DNA of 64,000 nt from Zancudomyces culisetae HAW-14-8 (GCA_052426225.1 JBNJNM010000011.1:5022001-5086000), one strand, 5' to 3'; shown: positions 26,701 through 41,230, counted from the stretch's first letter. Made by a program: numbers and translations. The notes: generated by a model not told the origin, from the sequence alone.

Positions 26701-27652
26701 AACTATAGAAGAAGTAATTATAAAAGGCGACCATGATTTTGCTTTGAGTGAAAATACCGATAAACCAACCAGTAAACGTAAAATACCACAACCCACTTTT
26801 TCAACGGTTTTTTTGGTGGTAGCTGTTATTATGATTGTGGTTTCTGCTAGTTATTATACTTACACATACGGCTTTGATTGGCACAGTGCAGATTTTCGAC
26901 AAAAGGTAGAGCAATCGCTGGTAGTTCTGCATACAAGAAGCAATGTGCTTTTAGCTGACGCAAAAAATTGGTATACTGGCTGTTATCTTGTATCATTAGC
27001 ATCAGTAAAAATCTATGCAACAAAGTGTTCAAGATATGTTGCATCGCTTACAAGTAATTTAAAGATTCATGATAAACGTGACAACGATATTGTGGGTAAA
27101 CAGGGCGGTATAAAAGTAAAGGGAGGGCTAGGTGATGCAGTGGTTGAGTATTGCAATGTACAGCACAGTTTTTATAATCCTATAGAGTTTGGTTTTATGA
27201 ATATCGGCCACCATTTCAATGATGGTATGAAGGTATGCTACAAAAACGACGAAATGCTGCATCAAGAGCAGCAAGTATCAAGAAGAGTTGAAGGAGGCAG
27301 AGAAAATGTCGAAAAGAAGCATGACATTGGTAACAAACCGCATTCAGGAATAGCAAAACATAAAGTCAAAGCCAGTATCAAGGATAACCATTCGCCAGAA
27401 TGTACCGAAAAGACTCTACATGCCGCCGTTTCAACAATGGCTGTTGTCATTCCCACATTTGCTTCTGATATTAGCACTAGTACCAGTACTGAGAGCAGCA
27501 ATGACAGCCACAGAACTAGTGTTAGGAGCGAATCTGGTTCAGCAAATTCACAGACAGCTGCAACTCAAGATATGATGAAATATGAGCCATTACCTGATAT
27601 TGACGAGGAGTTTTTATTGAGTTTAAATATAGAGACTATAACTATATCTTGA
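23783..27652 (+). CDS. Hypothetical large protein with one predicted TM helix in the C-terminal quarter
   Basis: ORF track starts at GTG 23657; first ATG is 23783 (MNEHKDKQ); TM-like FSTVFLVVAVIMIVVSASYYTY; acidic low-complexity blocks. Confidence 0.75.
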   Translation: MNEHKDKQEDWSNEESNTKNSSTNLQCEVKTPTANISSPYGSREGSRIPAPSPSMIYRSPSINRNEVAESRLSKSSSGLINNPHFRRSISKKRIIEDITPTKVKAGTKYVEDVGGFSSNIMDNKMGISLEKNSININKSQVDKERGTDTHAAEYGGFTSYELMNNELDCTKTVGGDKKIDVETDMTTPVLREKPLVSNTTQEELQKENGRLERLQNTELFSIENQHGEIASSKLNSTQYKIMNTGKSSQISITPTQVSKTQEEGKMIFSNISVGINGNAKNNEKIDSNDRKKEDITVFETAITVWVIPTEKVGKVENIIKEINYSITVFSDTQAVIDLLNTNPGETVTSTRILRRESEKNIFDFGRNLSGRRRYNEETVSSMIRMGSNALRFKQGVGRYRLIMMNSLITGLGDVLDESGISKAIVEQDKRERYSRLLSRSNSNSGSITDGIHQQQEPGSPILSRGKGQECEIEKEKEKERGTPEIIMGKSTEGLLKLSFKPHLRGRYKVRVLVKETQHPTNKTELGEMKNSGTFCINGLPECKRCKMSIKMVHKTHTELSLDMLDESKVVEYYYTNKVFSVTDGNKELLTSTLEPFVFTNNGKDTNTNSNTNNRSRIVKEYMETHGARHSGRRNSISGGVCTSPIKGGRSTSPVSLYSCSTRSYEDSLYDSSDNVTSLLDDQSSFLKELLDNKELSIDFEQILSPDLLPEYYSSLSSSTDLPTEVFYYNFSCSSLVNDFSVQFYPIYYEYLLAKTADKRETSIIETGNEISSQPNSKHDSVVAVGNNKASMEEERLDHVGEYQYFDDTLVRDVQVTGLDDEFESGIEINHFSRSIENDSACDSNVNGNGGVNFNSNADEDGDDDEDDGENNVSMNINKKTDDSEHSIDNKNIETTLQASYSDQVVGSELELELELDLNHEVSIKNNNSIDLDSISNIHDLATKDVTVDNVLFPDACNSVDVDNSTDSCQKREKTIEEVIIKGDHDFALSENTDKPTSKRKIPQPTFSTVFLVVAVIMIVVSASYYTYTYGFDWHSADFRQKVEQSLVVLHTRSNVLLADAKNWYTGCYLVSLASVKIYATKCSRYVASLTSNLKIHDKRDNDIVGKQGGIKVKGGLGDAVVEYCNVQHSFYNPIEFGFMNIGHHFNDGMKVCYKNDEMLHQEQQVSRRVEGGRENVEKKHDIGNKPHSGIAKHKVKASIKDNHSPECTEKTLHAAVSTMAVVIPTFASDISTSTSTESSNDSHRTSVRSESGSANSQTAATQDMMKYEPLPDIDEEFLLSLNIETITIS

Positions 27653-27859
27653 TCAGAATAAAGTACAAAGATAATGGAAAATAAAAATAAAAATAAAAAG
27701 AAAGAGTAAAAAAAATCTAGTACTACCAGCTAGGTACACAAAATTGCCTCGCTTATTGTTATACAGGTTTTTTTTCCCCTACTTAAAATGTGATGGGAAA
27801 AAAAAAGTAAAAAAGAATAGAAAGATGAGAAAGATGAAAAGGAGAGGGAAGAAAGACTT

Positions 27860-29569
27860 TTAATCAAATTTCTTTTTAAAAATCCAGGAATTTCCATAGA
27901 AATCACATCCCAACTTATGAGCAGCACGGTAATACTGAGCAGACCGTTTCAAGTCCTTTTTAATCCATTTTCCATTCCCACTTTCATAGCAAGAACCCAA
28001 AAACAAAATGGCATCAATAAAACCAAACTCTGCAGCAATTTCTAAATACTGAATTGCTGTTGGTGGTGATTTGATAACACCCCAGCCATGATAATAGCTT
28101 TGGCCCAACTCAAACAGTGATAGTGGGAAAAAAATCATTTCGTCACTTTCTTCGATACCAAGAACAATGCTTTCCGGGTTTTTTTGGTCCTTGGGTTGTA
28201 GCGCTTGTCGCCTTTTTAATATATCTTTGTAGACATAGAATCCACAACCTACTGCCTTTTTTATAAATTTAAACGCCATTTTCAAATCTATATCTGTGCC
28301 CCAACCATGTCTAAGACATAATCCATACAACAACATTCCCTTTGAATTTAGGCATTCTGCAGATATTCGGGAAGTTTCGAATGCTTCATTGTATTCTCCA
28401 TTATAAAATTTGTCAACAGCTTCATGGAATGTTTCTTCTCCTTTCAAATGCATCATCCGTCGACTAATTTTCCTGTTTTGTGTCAGTCTTTTTCCAAGAT
28501 TTTCATCTGACAAGTAAAAAAATGAATCTTTGCTTTCATGTAAATCAATGACAACATTTCCGACTCGTAAACCTCCACCACTATCGCCAATACCAAACTT
28601 GCCTTTTTTACCCATTTTGTGTCTTTTATTTCGTTCTTTTGACTTGTCCCTCGTCTGGATTGTTATTCGTTCTTGGATATCATAATCGTCACCCCCATCC
28701 AAAGTAGCTCTTCGTATCGAAATTCTATTTGGTGAAGTAATTATTCTAGAAAGACTTGGTGGAAGCTCTGGTATTGCTCTACTAATCTGGTGCTCTATAC
28801 TCCCTATGTCACTATCCCTGCTGACGTTGTTTTGAATTGAAGTTGGTAAAATAACACCTTTGGTTAGGACTTCCGGTGCCATTCCAAACTTCGGATATAT
28901 ATTATAAAACTTTATTAGCGATTTGCGCTTTTCTTTTGTATATTCTTCCTCTTCACTACCGCTATTGATATTTTCTTTTCTTTTGTGGAGTGCATTGTAT
29001 GCCTTTTCTACTTTTTCAGCATGTTTAAGCGGCCCCTCCAAATAACTACTGATATTTATAGTGCTGGCTTTATTCATGCTGTAGAGCGAATTATATTTTA
29101 CTCCATCCCCATTGTCTTGTTCATCATAGACATCATGGTATCCACCATACGAATCTACCGAATGGTAACTCACTGCATACTCCTGCCTTTTTTTAAGCTC
29201 TTCATCAGCATGCTTCGATACATCTGTATCATCTTCTTCCGTGGAGTAAGGATGTATGGTATTTCCACCAAGCGATACATCTTCATCCTTTACCTTTGTT
29301 ATAGAAGACTTGCTTGTTTTCTTGCCTACCAATGTTTTGAGTATTGCACTTCCCTTTCTAACCAACGAATATAACTCATTGGTGCGTCTAGACTTTATTG
29401 GTTTGCTACTCCTCTTTTCATCAGTACTTTTCCTTGCTAGCGATTGCTGCAGTGTTTGTTGGTGTTCTTGGCTAAACTCGCTGAGTTTCTTTTCAAAGTC
29501 TACGCCAATCCCATTATTCGCCAGCTTTTTAACACCGTAAACTTTAAACTCTATCTTCTCTGAACCCAT
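27860..29569 (-). CDS. Sel1-repeat protein, Dsf2/Nif1-like
   Basis: LYGLCLRHGWG, FELGQSYYHGWGV, FLGSCYESGNG...KKDLKRSAQYYRAA and terminal GNSWIFKKKFD, matching the Dsf2/Nif1 family C-terminus. Confidence 0.85.
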   Translation of the reverse strand: MGSEKIEFKVYGVKKLANNGIGVDFEKKLSEFSQEHQQTLQQSLARKSTDEKRSSKPIKSRRTNELYSLVRKGSAILKTLVGKKTSKSSITKVKDEDVSLGGNTIHPYSTEEDDTDVSKHADEELKKRQEYAVSYHSVDSYGGYHDVYDEQDNGDGVKYNSLYSMNKASTINISSYLEGPLKHAEKVEKAYNALHKRKENINSGSEEEEYTKEKRKSLIKFYNIYPKFGMAPEVLTKGVILPTSIQNNVSRDSDIGSIEHQISRAIPELPPSLSRIITSPNRISIRRATLDGGDDYDIQERITIQTRDKSKERNKRHKMGKKGKFGIGDSGGGLRVGNVVIDLHESKDSFFYLSDENLGKRLTQNRKISRRMMHLKGEETFHEAVDKFYNGEYNEAFETSRISAECLNSKGMLLYGLCLRHGWGTDIDLKMAFKFIKKAVGCGFYVYKDILKRRQALQPKDQKNPESIVLGIEESDEMIFFPLSLFELGQSYYHGWGVIKSPPTAIQYLEIAAEFGFIDAILFLGSCYESGNGKWIKKDLKRSAQYYRAAHKLGCDFYGNSWIFKKKFD

Positions 29570-32500
29570 GGCTTTTCTTTCTTTATCTCTTATTCCCTGA
29601 CTGTATATATTTATATATATTTACGTGTGTGTATAAAAAGCTTTTATTTTATATAATTGTATTTAGATAATACAAGTTCAAGGGCCAAATACTATAAAAA
29701 AACGCTTTTTCGTGCTTTTATTGTATTTTTTTTCTTTTTAAACATTTGGAGAGCTTTTGTTTACTTTTAATACTAAATGGTGATGATATCACTTGTTTAA
29801 CCTAATAAGTGTTGTCCATTTCATTTTAAACTTTTATTATATAAAAGAGAAAAATAAGTTAACACATCTTTGGATAGTTTTCAAATCATTTTTTATTTTC
29901 ATTACGTTTTTAGATTTAAATGCAAGATAAACTTGGTCACAAATTTGATTAAACAACTCGATTTTTTTTCTACTGCTGCTTTTGTCCTGTGTTATTTTTT
30001 TTTTTGCGTTTTTTTCTTCTTTTTTTTTAGCGCAACCTGCTGATTTGATTTAATCATTGAATTTAAATACGAAATGTTAACCCATTTCCTGTGATTTAAC
30101 TGGGGTTATTCGGTCCCTATTTTCCACAAATTACTTTTATTTTTCCTGCAAAAATTAAAAAAAAAATTTTCGTTTTTCAGTTTCCAATTTATCCAATTTT
30201 TCATGAAAAGTTTTATTTCTTTTGTTAGTTCCAAGTCTTTTTTTTTAGACATTTAATAATTTCTTTTTAAAGCAAAATGGTGTAAATGGACTCGGTAACC
30301 AAAACAAAAAAAAAAACATTAAAAAAAAACATAAAACAAAAGCTGGAAATTTTTTAACAGACCACAAGCTATTCCTTTAAACTAAAAAAAACATTTGTAA
30401 TAAATGGATGAAAAAATCCTAATAAAAATAATAGTAGCAGTAAAAATAGTTTGCGAATTTAATAATTAAAACAATTTTCGGTGGAAAGTTCAAGGTCTCG
30501 TATGTTTTCCATACTCCTCCCTCCTGACTCCCCTCCTCACCCCCCCCCGTCTCCAGCGGATTGTGGAAGTATCGGTGATTTCCAATGAAATTAAGCAAAG
30601 TATGGAAATAAACATATGCACATACATACACGCATACACATGACTGGGATTCTTGAAATCTCATGAACTCCGAGCCAGTTCATTTTGGACACAATTTAAA
30701 ACCTTTGGGAAGGCCACGTTGGATTTCGAAGGTTTTATTTTCTATACACCACAATCACACGAACCACATTTTGTATATTCTTTGGTATATTAAAAACAAA
30801 TTGATTTACCATGTTTACGCTTTAATTATTTATGATAAACTTTGTGGCTATAATATCCGCTTTGTTCATTTATACTTTTCATCTGCAAAAGCTCTTCAGC
30901 TTTGATGATCACAAGCCAGGAGTAAAGTTACACATTATACAAACATGTTTTAAAATGTTTGCAAGAGTAAAATTAAAAATACGGATGCTTGAATAACAAG
31001 TAAAGGATTCGGAGTCATGTTAAAATTGGCGTAGTTTTTTATTTTATTTTATTTTATTATTTTTGGGTCCAGAAACGGAAATATTGAGACTATAACATTA
31101 ACTGGTTCCAAAGATGAGGGTGTTAATAAATGAGAATGAAAAAATTAAAATAATGAAAAGTTTAAAAAAAATAGTGGTATTGAAATATCAATTCTCGAAA
31201 TTGATGTAAACTATAAATAAATAAAATCAAAAGCACGGCAATAAAATAATCACATGTATATTTTAATCGTGCAAATACTACCAATATTACTCCCTCCCCT
31301 TTTTTTTTGCTACCAAAATGGATTCTCAAAAAACACAAAAAACCAAACAATAAAAAAGAAAAAAAAGCTCTAAAATATAACTATGTACACCTACAACCAT
31401 GTACTGTCTTTTTTATCTAATTTTGTAACCAAATCAAAATGTATTTTAATCAAGTGTGTTAGTTTGTTATTATTGTTTTTGTTCTTATCAATTGTGACAT
31501 GACTGTGTCTACCTGCATTTGCGTTTTATAAACTGTGAGAGAATTTGGGAGGAGGGGGGTGAGTATCTACAGAAAAATATGCTGAGATAAATAAACTTGG
31601 GTTATACTTTATCTTTAAGTGATTTTTGCCCTTATAAAATGAGAAAAAGTAGATTATTGCGGGAAAGGCGTTCTAAAAACAAAAACAAAATATTTGTTTA
31701 TCTAATTTGCCCATCCATTTCAAATACATGTATTTCTATAACTTGATAACGCTCAGTTTTGTTGTAAACAGTTTCAAGTACCTTTTATTTGTAATAAGGG
31801 TGGAAAATCAAAATCAAAATCAAAATCAAAATCAAGCCAAATGGTCGTTGCTTTCCTTTTGAGAAGAGCCGAATAACGGAAGTTATTTTAATTTTTAAAT
31901 GTAAACTCTCTCGAAAATTATACCTGGAATCTGCTAAGGGAAATAATGTATATCCCTATACTTTTCCCCCATGAGTTTGCCTGAATAAACCTGTTTTCAT
32001 TAGGTTATCTTTATTTATAACTACAATTTTGTATGACAATTTATTTATCAATATTTAAATTCGGATTTATGTTTCATATGAAACTGAATATTTTCCATGC
32101 TAGAACGCACCACCCACCTCCACTATATAGGCAAACTAGGATATTATATCGTATACTGGTATTGGTATTGGTATTGGTATTGCTACAAATTGTGTAATTA
32201 AACAGTGTGATATAATTTATCATAAATCGGCTGATTTATTATTATTTATTGATTTGACTATTATTTTATTGATTACCGTTAAGATGAGGTGGAAATGAAA
32301 TCTAGACAGTTTATTAAATTTCTGGTAGGGAATAAAAGTTAAGAAAAGTAACGAGAAGAGAAGAGAAACGAAATGTTAGCATGGGAAAATATGTATTTTA
32401 ATTTTCAACTATATTAGATATTATAAAATATATCAGAAAAAAACGGCAAAAAACATTTTATATTATACAAATCTTCAAGCATTTTATATTTATGGTAGAT

Positions 32501-32616
32501 GAGTGTATGTGAAAAAAACGATTATCCAAATATATCTTTGTAGTCACGCCAATGTTGCTAGTTTATTATTAAAATTACAGGACTAAAATGTACATTGAAA
32601 ACCGAAAGAGTTTTTG

Positions 32617-32716
32617 GAGAGAGAGAGAGGGAGTGTGTGTATGAGTGTGAATCAGAGTGAGTGAGTGAGTGAGTGAGAGTGAGAGTGTGTGAGTGAGTGA
32701 GTGAGAGTGTGTGAGT
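32617..32716 (+). repeat. Compound (GA)n/(GT)n/(GAGT)n microsatellite downstream of the kinase gene
   Basis: gagagagagagagggagtgtgtgt...gagtgagtgagtgagtgagagtgagagtgtgtgagtgagt. Confidence 0.9.
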
Positions 32717-32903
32717 AAGGGTAAAAAGAGTCGGAGGATGGAAATAAAGTACAATTACAATTAATGACAAAAGTAACATGACTTTGGAAGCCAAAGTCCT
32801 TCCCCATCCATCTAAATCCCCAAGAATGCTTTTTTCTTTTTTTTTTGTTCCATTAAAATGAATCAAGGGATTTAATAACCAACAAAGTAAATAGAAAATA
32901 AAA

Positions 32904-35105
32904 TTAATTATAATAGGACCAAAAATTGTTTTCACAACGATAATAGTCCAGGTCATCAGTGCCACGGGTTTGAAGGTTATCGAAAGAATTTGAGGTGCTG
33001 TCATAACCATCGGGCTCACCAACATTAAATTTGTTATCATCATCATTGTCATCGTCATTAATCATATGGGCGTTGGTGTTGATGTCAGTGTTGCAATCAT
33101 AGTTTATGTTATCGGCAATAATGGTAGAATATGGAGTGGTATCGGGAGAATATGCACTGGGCTGACGAGAATCATTTTGAGAAAATTCAAGAGAATCATT
33201 CAAGTACATAGAATTGTAAGAATGGGAATAGGAATAAGGATCATATTGAGGAGTGTCAAGCGATGTAGACGGGTTTTGACCAGAAGAATGAGAGGAGGAG
33301 GAAGGGGATGAATCCATATAGTAGTTGATATTGATGGCATCTGGAGCATAAAAAGACGAATATTGGTTGGAATAGTCATCATTAGTGTCACGAGAAATAT
33401 CCTGGCGAAAAGAGACAGAATGCTTGTTTGGATCAGAAGGATTGCAGAATAACGAAGAAATTTCATGCGACCAAATAGAAATACTATCAAGATCAGTCAA
33501 GGCAAACCGATTCAAGACTGAAATATTGGTTTGATCAAAATCATCAAGTAGTGAAGAATGTCCATTCTCAGACAACGGCGGATAAGAATAGTCGAAACAT
33601 GAGAAGAAAGGATGGTAAGAAAGAATTTGATGGCAAGTAGGACGAAGTGTAGGATCTGGTTGGAGAAGTGCACGCAGCAAATCAACACTGTGGAGAACAG
33701 TAAGAGGAACCTTGGAATCCTTGTATTTGGGTTTTTTCTTTTCGTCAAAAGTTATAGGAAATCCGCACCACTTGAAAAGGCCCTCAGGATTTTTTTGACT
33801 AAAGGGAGTCGTTTGCATATCCATACAAACGCTTGTGGGCGTTGTTAGTTGAATTTCGCGATCTAGCATATCGAATTCATCAGATAATGTTGTACAAGAT
33901 AGTCTTTTGGACTGAATATTGTGACGGCTGCTCTCTTGGTCAGAGTCAGTCATAGTATGCAATGCTGAAGGTTCGTATCCAAATGAACTAAGAACTAGTT
34001 CCAATTGCTCAACTATCATTGCTGTAGTCTCACATGTTACATAGGGTCCCCCCAGATACCGCAGATCAGCACCTGGCACGTGATTGTTCAATAACATGCC
34101 AAACACCACTCCAAGACTATATATATCTGCCTTTCCATCAATATGTTCCTGTCCACTAGCAACTTCAGGTGCCACAAATCCACACGTTCCTCGCATTGGG
34201 TGAGTCTCATTTCCGCGGAGATCGTACACCAATCCAAAGTCAATTACTTGTACATCGCACCGGTTGGATGGATGAACCATCAGATTTGACGGATTGATAT
34301 CCATATGCACGATACCCACCTCATGTAGTTGCCCAACTCGTTTCAATAATGTGTACATCACTTTGCTGATGTCTACCAAATCCCGATCGTGCGTCGTAAA
34401 TGGCTCAAGCTTTTTCATCACCAACACTGTCCTCTCCTCTCCGGCCTTATCACCACTTCCCTTTTCTCTCACAAAATAATCGACCAAATGACTCATTGAA
34501 ATCTTTGATTCCTTTTTTATCCGCTCATATACCATAAGTTCACGTTTGGAACTTTGATTGGTTCGAATCGTTTTAAACACCAGTTTTTCAAAATTTTCTG
34601 CACAATATCCGAATGCTACCTCCGACTCATCCGTAATTATTTTGTTTCTATTTGTATTTATTATATACTTTCGTTGTCTTTTCTTTTCCTCTCCGCTTTC
34701 TCTGATATCCTCTCCTGCATTACCTTGTTCGCTTTCTGAACCCAAGATCAAAGATCCCTTTAACACCTTTTCTGTTTTTGTTGTGTATATATAATCGCTA
34801 TTTTCTGCCTTAATCCCTCTAACCCCTCCCTTTCTGAATTTCTCTAGGCGTCTCTTCGCTATGCTTTTATTTATCAGCTCTATATTCAACGCTTCAATTA
34901 GTTTGCTGTATTTCTTACATCCTTCAACCATTTCCCACTTTGAATCTACCTCCTCGCTTACTTCATCCATCAGATTTTGTTGTCTAATACTCTGAAGCTC
35001 GGCCCGCGCAATCTCCTTTATAATGGGTATCTGGCATTCTTTATACAATAAAATATCGCAATATTTCTGTATTCCCAGCTTTTCAATTAACATTTCTGCC
35101 TCCAT
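32904..35105 (-). CDS. Atypical Ser/Thr protein kinase-domain protein with acidic Y/D/S-rich tail
   Basis: LVFK, HMDINPSN, IDFG, GTCGFVAPE, DIYSLGVVF, long insert, then DLLRALLQPDPTLRPTCHQILSYHPFF. Confidence 0.88.
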   Translation of the reverse strand: MEAEMLIEKLGIQKYCDILLYKECQIPIIKEIARAELQSIRQQNLMDEVSEEVDSKWEMVEGCKKYSKLIEALNIELINKSIAKRRLEKFRKGGVRGIKAENSDYIYTTKTEKVLKGSLILGSESEQGNAGEDIRESGEEKKRQRKYIINTNRNKIITDESEVAFGYCAENFEKLVFKTIRTNQSSKRELMVYERIKKESKISMSHLVDYFVREKGSGDKAGEERTVLVMKKLEPFTTHDRDLVDISKVMYTLLKRVGQLHEVGIVHMDINPSNLMVHPSNRCDVQVIDFGLVYDLRGNETHPMRGTCGFVAPEVASGQEHIDGKADIYSLGVVFGMLLNNHVPGADLRYLGGPYVTCETTAMIVEQLELVLSSFGYEPSALHTMTDSDQESSRHNIQSKRLSCTTLSDEFDMLDREIQLTTPTSVCMDMQTTPFSQKNPEGLFKWCGFPITFDEKKKPKYKDSKVPLTVLHSVDLLRALLQPDPTLRPTCHQILSYHPFFSCFDYSYPPLSENGHSSLLDDFDQTNISVLNRFALTDLDSISIWSHEISSLFCNPSDPNKHSVSFRQDISRDTNDDYSNQYSSFYAPDAININYYMDSSPSSSSHSSGQNPSTSLDTPQYDPYSYSHSYNSMYLNDSLEFSQNDSRQPSAYSPDTTPYSTIIADNINYDCNTDINTNAHMINDDDNDDDNKFNVGEPDGYDSTSNSFDNLQTRGTDDLDYYRCENNFWSYYN

Positions 35106-38100
35106 TTTTGTTACTGTGTTGCTCTTTTTTTCTGTTTTTGAGTTATACTATGCTGTTTTTAATATTATGATATTAACCATGTACATAACACTCTTTCACC
35201 CCAAATTGTTGTTTTTTCTTTTCCACTTTAGAAAGAATATGACTGGGTTTATGCTTCCTTTGTTAAAAATAATGATATTTTGGAAATGCAAAGAATACCC
35301 CACCTCATAAAAGCAAACCTATATGATTTTATGTCTGCTCTATTTTCCTGTTTACTTTGATGCTCTGGTAATATGGAATCTCAACACGACATGTGTTTTT
35401 TTTTGGTGGTGGTTTTGGTTTTGGTTTTAGTTTGGGTTTTGATTGTGGTTGTGGTTGTGGTGATATAGTTATCTATCTAATATGTATTAGTTTCAAGTCC
35501 ACTGTCGCTGTTACAATGACATCCTTTACCATTTAATTGATTTTGTCAGTCTTGCCAGTCTTGTTTTGTTTTGTTTGTTTTTTGCTATTAATGTTTACAT
35601 TAACATCCTAACACCCAATATTACATTCAGTCCGTGCCGTTGTTTTTTGAGGAAAAAAAAGTACGCTCACTAAGCGACTGAATAAGAAAAAAACAGGATA
35701 ACAAGTGCAGTTTTGTATATATGCCCTTTTTTTGCAATTGGCTTATGTATATAAAAATATAATTGTTTTATTTAAATGTTGATTTTAAAGGTTATTTTTA
35801 CATATTTACCAAAATTGGTCCATGTTGCACTTTATATGTAGCACGTTTATGTGCCTTTGTTTTCTATTTATTTGATAAAAATTATAAAAATTTACCATAT
35901 TAAAATGAGGCTATAGGCTATGGTTACACTTTCACGTTTCATTCATTCTCACTAACCTGGACTCGGAGATTGGTTTGAATTCGGTTGAGTATAGGAAAGT
36001 CATAATCAATTAATGACCCCTTTTGAGCTTTTTACAGGGTAATATTCCTCAAATCATCCCTCTTGTGCGTTTTACCATTTCCGTAATTTTTTTTTTGTTG
36101 AATTTACTTTATCCAATACCCTATTTGCTAGATTAAATAATGAGAAAATAATCTCTGGCCATTCTCTTACTATTATAAAATAATAACGAGATAAATTAAT
36201 AAAAATTGCTTATCGATGGCACAAATAATCTTGTACATAATGGTACTTTGTAATTGAATAAGATTTGTTGAACTTTTTTTTTTACAAGTCACTACTTGTA
36301 AATATTCCAATCAACAATGTGTATATTACGAGCTTGGTAAAAAAACTTTGCAAATAATTAAACGTTTATTATTATTATTTTTTTTTTCAAAATATCCACG
36401 TTTCTTTAAAAAAGCAAAGAGTAACATGATTAGTAACGGTATGAATTCAAACAGCGTAAAAAGCTGCACGCAAAACTAGCGTACAAATCAATCACAATCA
36501 CAACTACGACAGTGACAATGACCACCCGCGACCGCGACCACGACCACAATCCCAACCACAAGCCCAACCAACCAATAACATAATCTAATTCACTAGTGGC
36601 AGCTTTTTCTGCTTTGCAAAGAGTTGTGTTGTCTCCCCCAGTATAATACAGTAATATACAGGATGAATAATTGCATCTATAAAAGTTTTGGGGTTCGAAA
36701 GATAGAACTCGGAGGAAAAAGATATGATATCACCTTTTCATAAAAAAAAATATAGAGTCCAATAGTATGACGAACCAAGAGTTTAATGCATTTTTCTATT
36801 TCATTTCGTTTTAACTGTTGTGGAACATAATTACATCTATTTGGTTGAGAAACTTCGTTGATTATTTCTTAATCTCGATTGAAGCAGCCATCAACAATAT
36901 CATATGACCTTTTGCCCATTATCTTGTTCTCCTCACCTTTTTGTTCCATTTTATTTTTAATTACTCTTATCAATATCGATCAAGTATAATAAAAAGTACA
37001 GGCTAACAACACAAAACACACATAACAACATAAAGAGTACATTTAAGATTATGTAAGAATCAAGATGCATTGATAGTGTGGGGATAAGGATGTGGGTGTG
37101 TGTGGTGTTGTTGTGGTGTTGTGGGATAAAGGTAGTAAAAGCACAGAGCAATTTTTTCCACACCTTTTTTTTTTTGACTTATACATGATATATAGTACAA
37201 TGTAATCTACAATCAAGTTTACTAAACAGTCTTGAAATCCGATAACCATTTTCCCCTTTCTTCTTTCTTCTTCTTTCCTCTTTTATCTTTTATATTATCT
37301 ATGTATTTTTTGGAGATATCCATTTCATACATTTACCCATTCATTCATTCACCAGTCTAAAACTTGGAAAATTGAATTCTTGTAATTCCTAAACTAGTTA
37401 GATGGATATATCAAACACCACCAAAAATTGAACTACTATGGGTGGATTTATCAATTCGGATGGGTCAAATGACCCTCTCATCTGATCATACTCACTTTTA
37501 ATATCAATATATAGTTTGCATTTTTTTTGAAAAAAAGTCGGGTTGCGTACACCTTTGGTTCTTAATATAATTTTCATCTCTCCTCATCTTCAAAATATTC
37601 TCTAAATGACAACTGATCCCATTGGTGATGGCTATATATTATAATATTGATAATTGGAGAACATAATATGAATTAATATATTAATATGCCATCTGATCTA
37701 TTCGATTCGCAAAAAAATATAAAAGAAAATGAGCGGTTATAAAGGACGAGGAGGGGGGGAGGAAGGAGTGAGGAGAAGAGGAAGAAAGATTCTTTGTGTA
37801 GTGGGTAACTATTTTTATTTATTATAAAGCCATCAGTATTAACAATACTGTACTGGGACGATGCTACGAATATGATCTAGTGCCTTGTTCTTGTATAACA
37901 ATATTGCATTTAAAATATACCTATGTGGGTATAATAAATAAAGCGAGAGAGAGAGAGAGATTTAAATGGTGCTGAGTGGTGCTAGTAAAGTGAGAAAAAA
38001 AAAACACGATGAAATGAGTTGGGGTGTTTTCCAAGTAGGTCCCACAAAGCAAAACATAAAACCTAGCATTATTTTTTCATGTTTTTTATTTTATTGCGAT

Positions 38101-38862
38101 AAAAAGTATGAGTGGGAGAGGAGGGAGAGGAGGCAGGGAAGAATTCCAAAGGTTGGTGAGATAATGAGTTTTGCATTGTAAAGAATGTTACAATAAAATA
38201 AAAACAACACCAAGGGGAGAAAGAGGGAGGTTGATTTTTCCATTGTGAAAATTAGATATATCCCCTCAGCTTTTTTTCGAATTTCTCGTGCTATTTACTG
38301 TTATTTTTGTGAATAGTATGAGATTTGTTTACATATTCGAAAACTGGCTATTATTGAATAGATTAGATTGTAATAATAAAGTAAATTTAATAAAAAAACG
38401 TAATTATTATTGGAAAATAGCCTAATAATGAAATAGTTTCCATAGTTAGGTTGGTGGTGAATATTGGGAGGGAAGGGGAGTGCAAAGTAATTTAGAAATT
38501 GGATGAAAACGGGAGAGGAACGAAAGAGGAATGGGGAGGGGGGGGGGGATGGGAAGAAGCAAAATATAATTGAATAGTACAAGCCAATGACGATTAAACA
38601 CTTCAGTATTTTGAAATTGGTTTTGTTGGAAATAATAAAAATTGAACACCAGCACACTCTAAAACAAGCCAAAATGAACAACTGCAAAAAAAAATACTAA
38701 AGTTGTAAATTAAGAGGTGTTTACGAGTTTTATTTTACTTTATTTCATTTTTTTGAAAGTTTAATATACAGTTTAATATATTATTTTTATTAAACAGAGC
38801 ATAAACGGGAAAAGAGCCAAAAAAAAAAACCCCCCTCAAAAAGTAGGTAAATTTGGAAAATT

Positions 38863-41230
<2,368 letters not shown>

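Noticed and set aside
32558-33058. 166-aa ORF overlapping the kinase 3' end
   Set aside because: Openness is explained by low-complexity sequence and the microsatellite
35809-35818. CArG box CCAAAATTGG upstream of the kinase gene
   Set aside because: A single 10-mer in AT-rich DNA is expected by chance; no supporting evidence
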